This document shows, piece after piece, positions 45,052 to 55,282 of a stretch of DNA of 64,000 nt. Source of the stretch: Eubacteriales bacterium (GTDB lineage: Bacteria > Bacillota > Clostridia > Oscillospirales > CAG-272); contig JAZSMJ010000014.1 in NCBI GenBank assembly GCA_045535815.1, forward strand, positions 1,696 to 65,695. The letters are read 5' to 3'. Numbering within the stretch: the stretch's first letter is position 1; each line of letters starts with the position of its first letter. The translations under genes were made by a program, and so were the position numbers. The notes beneath the pieces are model-generated. The model saw only the letters and a list, made by a program, of their open reading frames with translations, did not search any database and was not told the DNA's origin.

Positions 45052-45052
45052 G

Positions 45053-47044
45053 TCAATATATTACTCCGCCCCATTCGATTGCCGCAAATCCTTCACGCTC
45101 AAACGAAGGAAGGATCTGCTCACGTATATAGGTGGGCTGATCTATCTTTTTTATATGGATCGCTATGCGAAGAAGCGAGTCCGGTCGCACCGAGAAATTA
45201 AGCTTATTATATATCTCACGGCTTTCGGTCGTTTCAAAATAAACAAGACTTGTACCGTTGTTTTTGAGCACCGGAAGCCAATACATTATAAATTCGTTAG
45301 CTTCTCTCTCAGAAAGTCCGAGTGCATCAAGCTTTTCTTCAAGAAAGTCTGCCGCATTATCTGCAGTCACACAGAATCCAACCTCAAAATCAGTGGGGCA
45401 ATATCCGCTTTCCTCCCAATACAATGCATAGTAGCTGCGACCGTTAGCATCGGTAAGCGTACCGTCAGGAGCAGCATTCACTTGCCAACCGCCATCCTCA
45501 TATTCGGGATATGTGACAGTCAACAGCTCAGGATGCTCGAAGCTGATAGTCAGATCACACTCATTTTCCGGATAAAGATAGAGCACGGGCTTAGCGTATC
45601 CGCCTATACCTATCGTCTTTATCATACCTACTCTGCCGGTATCGGGGTCATAAATATACTCGATACCGCTTCCGATAGTACCATATGAAATATCACTGTT
45701 TTCGCAAACTATATACAGCGCAGGAGAAAACGCATCTTCAAGCGATGCCTTCTGATATTCGGGAATGCCGTCTTTATATGTAGCGCTATAATATTCCGTT
45801 TCTTCCATACCGGGAAGCGAGGCATCAAGAGCCTTTGTATAATATCCGCAGAGCATATCATGGAAATACATTCGGTCATTCCATTCGCCAAGCACTGCAA
45901 GCTCTTCTCCGCCCTTATCTATAAGCTTGAGCATACCCTTGTCGTTTACGCATACGATATCCTTCCACAGATAGAATACGTCATCGTATGAAGGACTTTG
46001 AAATACGCATTCTCCATTGCGGTCAAGTATTATATAATATTTTTGAGTATGATCTCCATCGCATCCCCAGAGAATAATATTTCCGTCGGAAGTCACCGAG
46101 CATTGTAAATACTTCTCATCCGAGAGAGGTTCAAAGCTATCGTTATACACTTTGAAATTTCTCGAATACATCACATAATCTGACGAAAGAAAATACACAG
46201 CACCGTTTTCCGATTTTGCAAAAAAGAATCCGTCCATTGTTGTGACAAGCTCGCCTGTGCTTCTTCTGTAGATATAGCTTTTTACATCAGTTCCTTCCAT
46301 ATCTTCATCGTGAACGATGAGATAATCTCCATACGTGCTCTGATATATGCTCATATATTCATTTTCACGGTAAATATCGGTTAAAAGCATTTTACTGTCG
46401 ATATCATAATATACCGAGTCATAATTTACAGAATCTTCTCCGGCAAAGAACAATAAAATGATACCGGTAGGCTGACTGCTTTCATAATCGGTAGTAAAAA
46501 CAACAGGATCCTGCGGATCGGCTTCAAAATCGATCTCGGATATCTCTCCGCTTATTGCATTTCCGTACCGAAATCCACCGTCGTATATAATCATATGCTC
46601 ACCGTTACCGCTCATAAATGAGGAATACTCGGTTTCGCAAAGATAGATATACTCAAGGGTATGCATGCCGTTTTCTTCACCGTACAGATCCCGCTCTGAA
46701 TATCCCCAATAATTACCTGCATCATTATTTCGGTAAATATAGATCACCTTATCGTCCGGGGATATCTCTGCATCGGGTGAAAGCATTCTTTCAGAGCGGA
46801 TGCCGGCAACCTGCTCTCCATCTATCGGAGGGTCGATTGCAGTATCCTCCTCGGTTGATTCCTCGGCAGTTTCAGATTCTGCCGATTCTGACTCTAAGCT
46901 GTCGGTATCGCTTTCTGATAACGTGTTATCTTCGGTATTCTGCTCTTCATTTTCATAGCTGTCAACCTGATTCGCATCACACGAGACCAGCAGAGCAAAA
47001 GCTAAAATAACCGAAAGTATGCACATAACCTTCAAAGCCTTCAT
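45053..47044 (-). CDS. Large putative lipoprotein of unknown function with acidic N-terminal linker
   Basis: 663 aa. The signal peptide MKALKVMCILSVILAFALLVSC has a lipobox. An E/S/T/D-rich linker follows. I cannot name a domain. Confidence 0.6.
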   Translation of the reverse strand: MKALKVMCILSVILAFALLVSCDANQVDSYENEEQNTEDNTLSESDTDSLESESAESETAEESTEEDTAIDPPIDGEQVAGIRSERMLSPDAEISPDDKVIYIYRNNDAGNYWGYSERDLYGEENGMHTLEYIYLCETEYSSFMSGNGEHMIIYDGGFRYGNAISGEISEIDFEADPQDPVVFTTDYESSQPTGIILLFFAGEDSVNYDSVYYDIDSKMLLTDIYRENEYMSIYQSTYGDYLIVHDEDMEGTDVKSYIYRRSTGELVTTMDGFFFAKSENGAVYFLSSDYVMYSRNFKVYNDSFEPLSDEKYLQCSVTSDGNIILWGCDGDHTQKYYIILDRNGECVFQSPSYDDVFYLWKDIVCVNDKGMLKLIDKGGEELAVLGEWNDRMYFHDMLCGYYTKALDASLPGMEETEYYSATYKDGIPEYQKASLEDAFSPALYIVCENSDISYGTIGSGIEYIYDPDTGRVGMIKTIGIGGYAKPVLYLYPENECDLTISFEHPELLTVTYPEYEDGGWQVNAAPDGTLTDANGRSYYALYWEESGYCPTDFEVGFCVTADNAADFLEEKLDALGLSEREANEFIMYWLPVLKNNGTSLVYFETTESREIYNKLNFSVRPDSLLRIAIHIKKIDQPTYIREQILPSFEREGFAAIEWGGVIY

Positions 47045-47052
47045 ATTTTACC

Positions 47053-48174
47053 TTATCCTTCCCTTTGCTCAAACATTTCCTTATACATAAGCCTTATTTG
47101 ATCTTCTCCTATAGGATAGACACAGTTTTGGAAGTTTGCAGCAGTCTTAATTTTTTCCGTATATTCTTCGATTTCTTCAGGAGTAAGCGAAAGGTCAACG
47201 TCAAAATCGAGCTGTGCCAGAAGCGTTATGGTTTTCTTTAAGATATCGCTGTCAGTGCCGATATATCTGCAAAAATCAGATACACGCTTTTTACCCTCGT
47301 CACACTGCTCGCAGTAGTCAATATATCTCTGAGTGAATATTGCGCAGGCTCTTCCGTGCGGTACGCCCTTATAAAGCGTGAGATTATATCCCATAGGATG
47401 AGGGAATCCCGTTCCGGTGGTATCTATTGCAGCGCCTCCGCAGCTTGAAGCATAGAAAAGCTTCTCTCTTTGATATTCGTCAATATCGGCTATACCCTCC
47501 GAGAATACGGACCATATGGCACTTGCGCCGTCAAGAGCGTACTTCATCGACATATTCGTAGCCTTGGGCGACATATACGACTCAAGGCAGTGACAGAATG
47601 CATCAAGTGCCGTACTGAGCGTATAATTCTCGTTCAGGGTAAAGGTATATTTCGCATCAAGGAATACAACGTCTGCATAGGATTTGTTGTTATACGTTCT
47701 TTTTTTGACCTCATCGTCAAGGGTGAGAACGGAATACGGATTAGCCTCACTACCCGTTCCCGAGGTAGTAGGAACGAGCACAAGAGGCATCGGATCTCCC
47801 AGCTTATCGTATTCAAAAAGCATTTTTTCATCTGAGTGCGGATTTGCGGCAAATGCGGCTATCGCCTTGGCAGCATCCATAACTGATCCGCCACCTATTC
47901 CGATTATAAAATCAGCACTCTCTTCTATCGCTGTCTGTCCGCCCTTATAGCAAACCGACACCAGCGGATTTTCGGTTATTTCATTAAATACGGCAAATGA
48001 TATTCCGTTATTTTTAAGCGCACAGGTAACGTCGTCAAGTGCTCCGCTTTTAACTGCAGAGCGTTTCCCTGTAACAATAAGCGCTTTTTGTCCGAGACAG
48101 ATCTCACTCGATTTTTCGATTATGCAATCTCTTCCTGTAATAAATTTGACGGGTATACCGTTAAATAGTTCCAT
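47053..48174 (-). CDS. Iron-containing alcohol dehydrogenase family protein
   Basis: It contains GIGGGSVMDAAKAIA, PTTSGTGSE and HCLESY/HPMG metal-ligand regions. The start is placed at MELFNG (ATG 48174); the ORF opens at 48195. Confidence 0.8.
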   Translation of the reverse strand: MELFNGIPVKFITGRDCIIEKSSEICLGQKALIVTGKRSAVKSGALDDVTCALKNNGISFAVFNEITENPLVSVCYKGGQTAIEESADFIIGIGGGSVMDAAKAIAAFAANPHSDEKMLFEYDKLGDPMPLVLVPTTSGTGSEANPYSVLTLDDEVKKRTYNNKSYADVVFLDAKYTFTLNENYTLSTALDAFCHCLESYMSPKATNMSMKYALDGASAIWSVFSEGIADIDEYQREKLFYASSCGGAAIDTTGTGFPHPMGYNLTLYKGVPHGRACAIFTQRYIDYCEQCDEGKKRVSDFCRYIGTDSDILKKTITLLAQLDFDVDLSLTPEEIEEYTEKIKTAANFQNCVYPIGEDQIRLMYKEMFEQREG

Positions 48175-48252
48175 AATACTCTCCATATATATCAATACCC
48201 GAAAACCTGGGTTTTCGGGTATTGTTTATTTTAGTTAACTCTAATTAAGATA

Positions 48253-50202
48253 TCAGGTATATGTTGCCAAATACCAGGTCGCATACTGCGTAATCGGGGA
48301 GTCTTCTTCTTCAACGTCAAGAGCGGTTTCAAATATCTTGTTGTTGCTGAGCTCCTCGGCGAGCAATTCCATATATTCCATAAGAGTATATGCCTTGCCC
48401 TCTTCATCAACGTAACCCTCGAAGTTCCAGATCTTTTCAAGATATTCTTCAGAGAGACGGTTGATCTCTTCTGTGATCTCTTCAAGAGTGTATACCTTCT
48501 TTTCGGTTCTTGAGCCGGGCGTCTTCTTGGTTTCTTCCTCGGTAGCTTCTTCAGCTTCTTCACCTTCGGATGCTTCCTCGCCCTCTACAGGCTCTTCGCC
48601 CTCAACTGTTGTATCGGTTTCGGAATCAACCTCAACCGCTTCGGTCTCAGCCTCGGTTTCTACCTCTGTTTCAGCCTCGGTCTCGACCTCGGATTCAACC
48701 TCTTCCTCTTCCTTAACTATAAGGTTTCCTTCTTCATCATACATAGAAACCCAATAGAATCCGTTATAAGGATGAACAACTATATCAAGGTTCTGCTGCT
48801 TTGCAAGCTCCCAATTGTTTTCGGAGATCTCAATCATCTGAGGATCCATATCGCTGGAAGGCTCAAGTATGAACTGGTTTCCTGTGTGACGGTAGTCCAT
48901 TGAGTAGGTGTCATTCTTCATTTTGATAACGCCTGTCTCATCGTCTACATCATAGTTAACATCTTTAATACCGTACTGGAATATATTTCTGTATTCAGCA
49001 TTTGTAGTGAGAAGCTTTATAACGTCCATACATCTGTCGGGATATTTTGCATAAGAGCTTATGCAGTACATTCCGGCATAAAGATCTTCTTCATAAACGA
49101 TAGGATTCTTATGTACGGTAATATGATATTCATCCTCGTACTGTGCAGGAATGCATCCGTAACCGTCCATAAATGCAACGGCAAACTTCTGACCCTCTTC
49201 AAGCTCTTCAATGCTATGGAAATAATCCATATCGGTGAAGGTCTTCATAAACGAGAGGTAGTTTCTGTAAAGCTTAACGCCGAGAAGGTTTCTCGGATTA
49301 GCCTTTACTCCGTACGCTGCAGTCTTTGCAACGTATGATCCGAAGAGCGAATCTTCAAATCCGGGGAGATACTGAATCATTGAATAGGGCTCGCCTACTA
49401 TCGGGATATAATCCTCTTCGTATCTTATTGTATCAAGCAGGAAGTCCTGAAGATTTGCAAGGTTTGAAAGATCGGAAGCTTCGTACGAATACTTTTCAAC
49501 AAGCTCCTTGTTTACGAGAATGTACTGGTATGTTCCCATAACGTGGTTGTTGGGTACACCGTAGATCTCGCCGGTGCGGGTAGCAACGTTAAAGAACTGA
49601 GGATGAATGTAGTCTGTAAGAATGCTATATGTAGTAGTAATATCGCCGGAAAGGCCGTAAAGCATTTCTCTTTCGATATAATCTTCGAAATATTCTTTAT
49701 CGTTTACAAGGAATATATCAAACTGAGTTCCGTTTTCATCGGGATATATTACCTGGTTGACACCGTAAAGATTCTTTTCGGTTTCATCGCTCTCTTCACC
49801 GGTAGATTCTGTTTCCTTTGCTGTAGTAACACCGGCTTCTTTTATAGCCTTCTTAGCTACCTTTGCGGAATCTGCCTTAAGATCTTCGAGAAGGAGCTGA
49901 CCCTCTATAGTCTCAAGCTTTTCCTCGATAACGTCATAATAAACGTCCTCTGTATAGAGCTTGAGAATAACGTTTGTATTAAAATCTCTTTGTGTTATCT
50001 CGTTAAGCGCTTCTTCAACAGCTGCAATAGCCTCGGGAGTTGTTGTTTCTCCTGTTATGGAATAAAGCGTAACAGTTATAGCTTTGTTCGATGACTTTGT
50101 ACTTGAAAGCTCGGTTACAGTCTTAACCGAACAAGCACTCATCATAAGTGTAGGCACCAAAATGCACAGACATATGAACAAGCAAGCCAGTCTCTTTTTC
50201 AT
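48253..50202 (-). CDS. Extracellular solute-binding-protein-like lipoprotein with C-proximal acidic repeat insert
   Basis: ATG 50202 follows AGGAGG. The lipobox is TLMMSAC. The body resembles large family-1 SBPs. It is not adjacent to permease genes in this window. Confidence 0.6.
   Translation of the reverse strand: MKKRLACLFICLCILVPTLMMSACSVKTVTELSSTKSSNKAITVTLYSITGETTTPEAIAAVEEALNEITQRDFNTNVILKLYTEDVYYDVIEEKLETIEGQLLLEDLKADSAKVAKKAIKEAGVTTAKETESTGEESDETEKNLYGVNQVIYPDENGTQFDIFLVNDKEYFEDYIEREMLYGLSGDITTTYSILTDYIHPQFFNVATRTGEIYGVPNNHVMGTYQYILVNKELVEKYSYEASDLSNLANLQDFLLDTIRYEEDYIPIVGEPYSMIQYLPGFEDSLFGSYVAKTAAYGVKANPRNLLGVKLYRNYLSFMKTFTDMDYFHSIEELEEGQKFAVAFMDGYGCIPAQYEDEYHITVHKNPIVYEEDLYAGMYCISSYAKYPDRCMDVIKLLTTNAEYRNIFQYGIKDVNYDVDDETGVIKMKNDTYSMDYRHTGNQFILEPSSDMDPQMIEISENNWELAKQQNLDIVVHPYNGFYWVSMYDEEGNLIVKEEEEVESEVETEAETEVETEAETEAVEVDSETDTTVEGEEPVEGEEASEGEEAEEATEEETKKTPGSRTEKKVYTLEEITEEINRLSEEYLEKIWNFEGYVDEEGKAYTLMEYMELLAEELSNNKIFETALDVEEEDSPITQYATWYLATYT
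48540..48715 (-). repeat. Low-complexity acidic coding repeat (E/T/V/A-rich)
   Basis: It encodes EEEVESEVETEAETEVETEAETEAVEVDSETDTTVEGEEPVEGEEASEGEEAEEATEEE. The DNA shows the repeated unit tcagcctcggtYtc. Confidence 0.8.
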
Positions 50203-50473
50203 TGTGTTGGATCCTCCTAAAATCGTGGCTGTTAAGCCTAACAAACTAAAGTTTATTTTACACTATATATTAAAATATGTCAAGGTTATTTTAGTAAACA
50301 AATGAGTATTTAAGCACTTTATTTTGGGAGAAAAATCATCACTTTATTTGAGCGTCATAACCATTTTAGTTGAACTTTCATAATAAAATAATATTTTTTT
50401 GTTTCGTTTTTACATAAAGATTGTCGCATTGCCCAAAATAGCTGCATTTAAAATGTATCACTCGACGATTATT

Positions 50474-51568
50474 TTAATCAAGATAATCTTTCAAACGCTT
50501 TGAACGGCTTGGATGTCTGAGCTTTCTCAAAGCCTTGGCTTCGATCTGTCTTATTCTCTCTCTTGTGATGTTGAACACCTTTCCAACCTCCTCAAGAGTT
50601 CTCGGTCTTCCGTCATCAAGGCCGAATCTGAGACGCAGTACCTGCTCTTCTCTGTTGGTCAGCGTGTGAAGGACCTCACTGAGCTGTTCCCTGAGAAGCA
50701 TATAAGAAGCTGCCTCGGCAGGAGCAGGAGAATCTTCATCCTGGATAAAGTCACCGAGGTGGCTGTCTTCCTCTTCACCTATAGGCGTGTCAAGAGATAT
50801 GGGATCCTGAGATATCTTCATTATCTCACGCACCTTATCGGGACTCATATTTATTTCTTTTGCTATTTCATCAGCAGTTGCCTCGTGACCAAGCTCCTGC
50901 AAAAGCTGTCTTTGAACTCTTGACACCTTGTGTATGGTCTCCACCATATGAACGGGAATTCTTATCGTTCTTGCCTGGTCTGCAATAGCTCTTGTAATAG
51001 CCTGTCTTATCCACCAGGTTGCGTAAGTAGAGAACTTGTATCCTTTTCTGTAGTCGAACTTCTCTACCGCCTTCATAAGTCCGAGGTTGCCCTCCTGGAT
51101 AAGATCAAGGAAGAACATTCCTCTTCCAACGTATCTCTTGGCGATACTTACGACAAGTCTGAGGTTTGATTCAACTATCTCACTCTTTGCGGCCTCGTCT
51201 CCTTCAGACATACGCTCTGCAAGCTCAAGCTCCTTTTCGGAATCAAGAAGCGGAACCTTACCTATTTCCTTGAGATACATTCTTACCGGGTCGTCTATTG
51301 CAAGACCCTCGTGCGCAAGCATTTTTTCCATATCTTCCGCACTCTCGTACTGCTCTACCTCGGTTTCGATCTCAGCAAATTCGGGAGAGTCAAGATAACC
51401 GGTTACCTCAACTCCCATATTTTCGAGAGTTTCATACAGCTTCTCTATTTGCTCAATATCAAAATCAACGTCCTCAAGGGCCTCAAGTATTTCCCCGTTA
51501 GATATTGACCCTTTGGATTTTCCCTTTTCGATTATATCATTAACCGATATTTTTTTTGCTTCACTCAT
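50474..51568 (-). CDS. rpoD: Primary RNA polymerase sigma factor
   Basis: 364 aa. It contains [53 protein letters not shown] and [28 protein letters not shown]. Confidence 0.95.
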   Translation of the reverse strand: MSEAKKISVNDIIEKGKSKGSISNGEILEALEDVDFDIEQIEKLYETLENMGVEVTGYLDSPEFAEIETEVEQYESAEDMEKMLAHEGLAIDDPVRMYLKEIGKVPLLDSEKELELAERMSEGDEAAKSEIVESNLRLVVSIAKRYVGRGMFFLDLIQEGNLGLMKAVEKFDYRKGYKFSTYATWWIRQAITRAIADQARTIRIPVHMVETIHKVSRVQRQLLQELGHEATADEIAKEINMSPDKVREIMKISQDPISLDTPIGEEEDSHLGDFIQDEDSPAPAEAASYMLLREQLSEVLHTLTNREEQVLRLRFGLDDGRPRTLEEVGKVFNITRERIRQIEAKALRKLRHPSRSKRLKDYLD

Positions 51569-51592
51569 ATTTATATCCCCCAGTCGTCTGAC

Positions 51593-53353
51593 TTAATTTG
51601 TTTTTCTTTTTGCTTCAAGCATACTGCTGATGCCCGATATTCCGTCAGCAGCTTTTTCCCCCGCCTTGGAAAGCGTTTCGATACATTCATGCAATACTTT
51701 TTCGTCATTTTTCGCAAGACTCTTTCTTGACACTTGCATCTTGACTATCCTTCCCATTTCATCGGGTGAAAATTCACTTCCCAGCATCCCCATATCGAAG
51801 CTTCCGTCTGCCTCGGATGCTGCTTGTGCACATTTTAAGACAGCTTCAAATACCCGTTTATTGAATTCGGTTACGAACATATCGGATGAAAGCTCTATTT
51901 TACCCTGAATAATCATATCTAAATACTCAGGGAACAGCAAAAGAATGCCTATTATAGCTTCCTCTGCGTATGCCGCTTTAACGTTTTTCAGAGCATCGGG
52001 ATTTACTCTGTCGCCTATCCGCTCTGCAGAACGGATTATCTTGGCAGTATCGTCTTTCTTTCTCGCCCTTGCCCTCTGGCGGATAAGACGGTCGACGTCA
52101 GCCTTCATATTTGAGGACTGTATACCAAGCTTTTCTGAGGCTCTTGATATGTATACTTCCCTTTCAACAGACGAATAAACTCCCGAAATATATTCCGCAA
52201 GCTCACTCGCCGCTTTTATCTTATCGCTGTTCAGTGAGACGTCGTATTTGGCAAGTATGCCGCTCATCCTGTAGTCAAATTGCGTGAGGCTGTTGTCTAT
52301 CAGCTGCTTAAATCTGCCGACTCCGAATTTCTTTATATATTCATCCGGATCCTTAGCACCCTCCATCCTTATTATTTTGACCTCAAGACCTGCTTCTCCG
52401 AGCAGTGCAAACGCTCTTTCTGCGGCACGCTGTCCGGCGTCGTCGCTATCGTACGATATATACACCTTCTGCGTATATCTCTTCATCAATCTCGCCTGCT
52501 CGGGAGTAAGCGCCGTTCCGAGAGTTGCAACGGCATTTCCGAAGCCTGCGGCGTGAAGAGCTATAACGTCCATATAGCCCTCGCACAGTATCATATTTTC
52601 ACTGCACTGCGATTTTGCATAGTTGAGAGCGAAAAGATTTTTGCTCTTTTTAAACGCCGGGGTATCCGACGAATTCAGATATTTCGGCGTTGAATCATCC
52701 ATAACCCTTCCGCCAAAGGCAATAACGTTTCCGGAAACGTCTATTATCGGGAATATTACTCTGTTTCTGAAATAGTCGTAGGCTCTTCCGGTTTTCTTGC
52801 TGATACCGCAAAGGAAGCCTGCCGTAAGCTCCTCCTCGGTATATCCCAGCGATCTCATATGAGAGGTGAGAGCTCCGAAATCGTTTGGCGCAAAGCCAAG
52901 TCCAAAGCGTTTTATTACAGCTGCCGGGAGCTGACGCTTTTTCATCAGATAATCAAGACCCTCTCCGCCCTTCATCAGCTGAGAATGGAAGAACCTTGCC
53001 GCCTCCCTGTTCATATCGTAAACTCTGGAGCGCCTGATCTCACTTTTTTCTTCCTGCGGTGTTTTCGGGATGGTTATTCCTGCCCTTTTTGCAAGCTGTT
53101 CAACAGCCTGCATATAGTCAAGATTTTCCATCTTCATAACGAAGGTTATAACGTCTCCGCCTGCACCGCATCCAAAGCAGTAAAATGACGATGAATCGTT
53201 AAACACCGTAAAAGACGGTGTCTTTTCGCTGTGAAACGGGCAAAGCCCATTCATATTGGAGCCCGCACGCTTCAAGGTCACGTATCCGGAGATAACGTCC
53301 GATATATTATTTCGATATTTTATTTCTTCTATAAGCTGTGACGATATATTCAC
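51593..53353 (-). CDS. dnaG: DNA primase
   Basis: 586 aa. It contains the zinc finger CPFHSEKTPSFTV..YCFGCGAGGD and the TOPRIM segment LCEGYMDVIAL..SYDSDDAG. Confidence 0.95.
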   Translation of the reverse strand: MNISSQLIEEIKYRNNISDVISGYVTLKRAGSNMNGLCPFHSEKTPSFTVFNDSSSFYCFGCGAGGDVITFVMKMENLDYMQAVEQLAKRAGITIPKTPQEEKSEIRRSRVYDMNREAARFFHSQLMKGGEGLDYLMKKRQLPAAVIKRFGLGFAPNDFGALTSHMRSLGYTEEELTAGFLCGISKKTGRAYDYFRNRVIFPIIDVSGNVIAFGGRVMDDSTPKYLNSSDTPAFKKSKNLFALNYAKSQCSENMILCEGYMDVIALHAAGFGNAVATLGTALTPEQARLMKRYTQKVYISYDSDDAGQRAAERAFALLGEAGLEVKIIRMEGAKDPDEYIKKFGVGRFKQLIDNSLTQFDYRMSGILAKYDVSLNSDKIKAASELAEYISGVYSSVEREVYISRASEKLGIQSSNMKADVDRLIRQRARARKKDDTAKIIRSAERIGDRVNPDALKNVKAAYAEEAIIGILLLFPEYLDMIIQGKIELSSDMFVTEFNKRVFEAVLKCAQAASEADGSFDMGMLGSEFSPDEMGRIVKMQVSRKSLAKNDEKVLHECIETLSKAGEKAADGISGISSMLEAKRKTN

Positions 53354-53389
53354 GGCGCATCTCCTTTCAGCTTTAATTAAAGCGTATTA

Positions 53390-54409
53390 TCAATCGATAA
53401 GGCTTTCCTTTTTCCAGGATTTCGGGATAAACATCTCCTTGTAGACGCTGACTGCATATCTATCGGTCATACCCGATATAAAATCGCACACCGCTCTTTC
53501 CTTTCCCTCTTCTTCGAGAGTGCGTCTGGACTCAAGCGGAAGCTTATCCGGATTTTCTACGAAAAATCGATAAAGAGTTTCAAGCATTGACGATGCCTTT
53601 CCCTCTTCTGTTTTTGCGGCAGAATTTCTGTATACCCGCTCAAACAAAAACGTGTGGAGCATTTCGGTATACTCATTAGTTTCATCATCCATCAGAATAT
53701 CGTCTTTACCCATGCTTGAGCTTATAACGCTTTTTACCATAGAGTCAATTCTCTCTCCGTGAGTTGCGCCCAGCTTGAGATGTATCATTGCGTCTATATC
53801 ATCAGGGCTTATTATACCGCCTCTGCAGGCATCGTCGATATCGTGATTTATATACGCTATTCTGTCCGATATTTTAACAACTCTTCCCTCTAAGGTTGCA
53901 GCCTTGCCGTTGGTATGGTTAAGAATACCGTCTCTTACCTCCCAGGTAAGATTAAGCCCCTTGCCACCATCCTCCAGCTTCTCAACGACTCTTATGCTTT
54001 GGAGATAATGCCTGAAATTTTCATCATAGCATCTCTGCAGCATTCTTTCACCCTCGTGACCAAACGGAGTATGTCCAAGATCGTGGCCGAGAGCTATCGC
54101 CTCGGTAAGATCCTCATTCAGCCGAAGCGCTCTTGCTATCGTTCTTGCAATCTGAGTGACCTCAAGAGTATGAGTCAGTCTCGTTCGGTAATGATCTGCC
54201 TCAGGCGCAAGAAAGACCTGCGTTTTGTGCATAAGACGTCTGAATGATTTGGAATGTATTATTCTGTCTCTGTCACGTTGGAAATCTGTTCTTATATCGC
54301 AGTCATCTATCGGATATTCTCTACCCCTCGTTTTGTCCGACGGGCAGGCAAACTCCGACAAATAATTCTTTTCATGTTCAAAAATAAAGTCTTTTACAGT
54401 ATGATCCAT
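53390..54409 (-). CDS. dgt: dGTPase-like HD-domain triphosphohydrolase
   Basis: 339 aa. It contains FQRDRDRIIHSKSFRRL, RTRLTHTLEV, LGHDLGHTPFGH and INHDIDD. Confidence 0.88.
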   Translation of the reverse strand: MDHTVKDFIFEHEKNYLSEFACPSDKTRGREYPIDDCDIRTDFQRDRDRIIHSKSFRRLMHKTQVFLAPEADHYRTRLTHTLEVTQIARTIARALRLNEDLTEAIALGHDLGHTPFGHEGERMLQRCYDENFRHYLQSIRVVEKLEDGGKGLNLTWEVRDGILNHTNGKAATLEGRVVKISDRIAYINHDIDDACRGGIISPDDIDAMIHLKLGATHGERIDSMVKSVISSSMGKDDILMDDETNEYTEMLHTFLFERVYRNSAAKTEEGKASSMLETLYRFFVENPDKLPLESRRTLEEEGKERAVCDFISGMTDRYAVSVYKEMFIPKSWKKESLID

Positions 54410-54545
54410 ATATATCCTTTTCAGTTATTATTTTTCAGATAAAGACAAAATATTTATAATCTGCCATACTATTTTTTATAATATACTTTGTTTTTTTATA
54501 AAAACCTTTATTTTTTTGAAATTCTTCAAAAAATTCTTTTATATT

Positions 54546-54573
54546 CAAAAAACAAGGGAGGATATCTCCTCCC
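54546..54573 (-). terminator. Terminator of the hflX-yigZ operon
   Basis: Stem gggagga (54556-54562) pairs with tcctccc (54567-54573), followed on the minus strand by ttgttttttg. Confidence 0.7.
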
Positions 54574-54589
54574 AAAAATGCCTGTATAT

Positions 54590-55246
54590 TTATCTGAAAT
54601 CAAATCTTGAACCGCTTATGACCGGTTTAATTTTTCCGTTTGAAAGCTCAGACAATCTTTTTTCAAAGGCAAAATAGAGCCTGTCCTTTATTGCAAGCTT
54701 CAGATCAACGCTCTCTCCGAAAGACAGATCGTCGGTTATTATTCCGTACTGTGGCAGCTCATACTGCACCTTTTGATAGTCCGAATAGCTGCAGCTGAGG
54801 GTAAATTCGGTATAGCCCTCGTACGTCACTATCTCTGCTTCCTCTATTGCCATTCTTGCAGCGGCAGAATAAGCTCTGAGAAGTCCGCCTGCACCAAGCA
54901 ATATACCGCCGAAATACCTCGTTACGACCACGACGGTATCGTTAACTCCGCTTTTGCGTATAACGTCAAGAACGGGTATACCTGCAGTTCCCTGCGGCTC
55001 GCCGTCATCCGAATAGCGCATAATATTACCGTTTGCGAGCGAATAGGCATAAACGTTATGCGTCGCCTCACGGTGCATGGTGCGTATCCTTCTGATAAAA
55101 TCCGAAGCCTCCGCCTCGGTCTTGACAGGAGCAGCGTATCCTATGAACAGAGACTTTTTCTCTCTGAATTCGACCGCCGCCTCTTTAGCGATGGTAGTAT
55201 AAAGCCTTGCCGCCTCAGCAACCGGCGCCTTTTTATCTTTACTCAT
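54590..55246 (-). CDS. YigZ / IMPACT family protein
   Basis: It contains KKSLFIGYAAPV, ATHNVYAY and DDGEPQGTAGIPVL. The start is placed at MSKDKK (ATG 55246). An alternative GTG at 55282 abuts the hflX stop. Confidence 0.8.
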   Translation of the reverse strand: MSKDKKAPVAEAARLYTTIAKEAAVEFREKKSLFIGYAAPVKTEAEASDFIRRIRTMHREATHNVYAYSLANGNIMRYSDDGEPQGTAGIPVLDVIRKSGVNDTVVVVTRYFGGILLGAGGLLRAYSAAARMAIEEAEIVTYEGYTEFTLSCSYSDYQKVQYELPQYGIITDDLSFGESVDLKLAIKDRLYFAFEKRLSELSNGKIKPVISGSRFDFR

Positions 55247-55282
55247 AGATATATCTCCAAGCTTTTTTCGCTTTGATATCAC

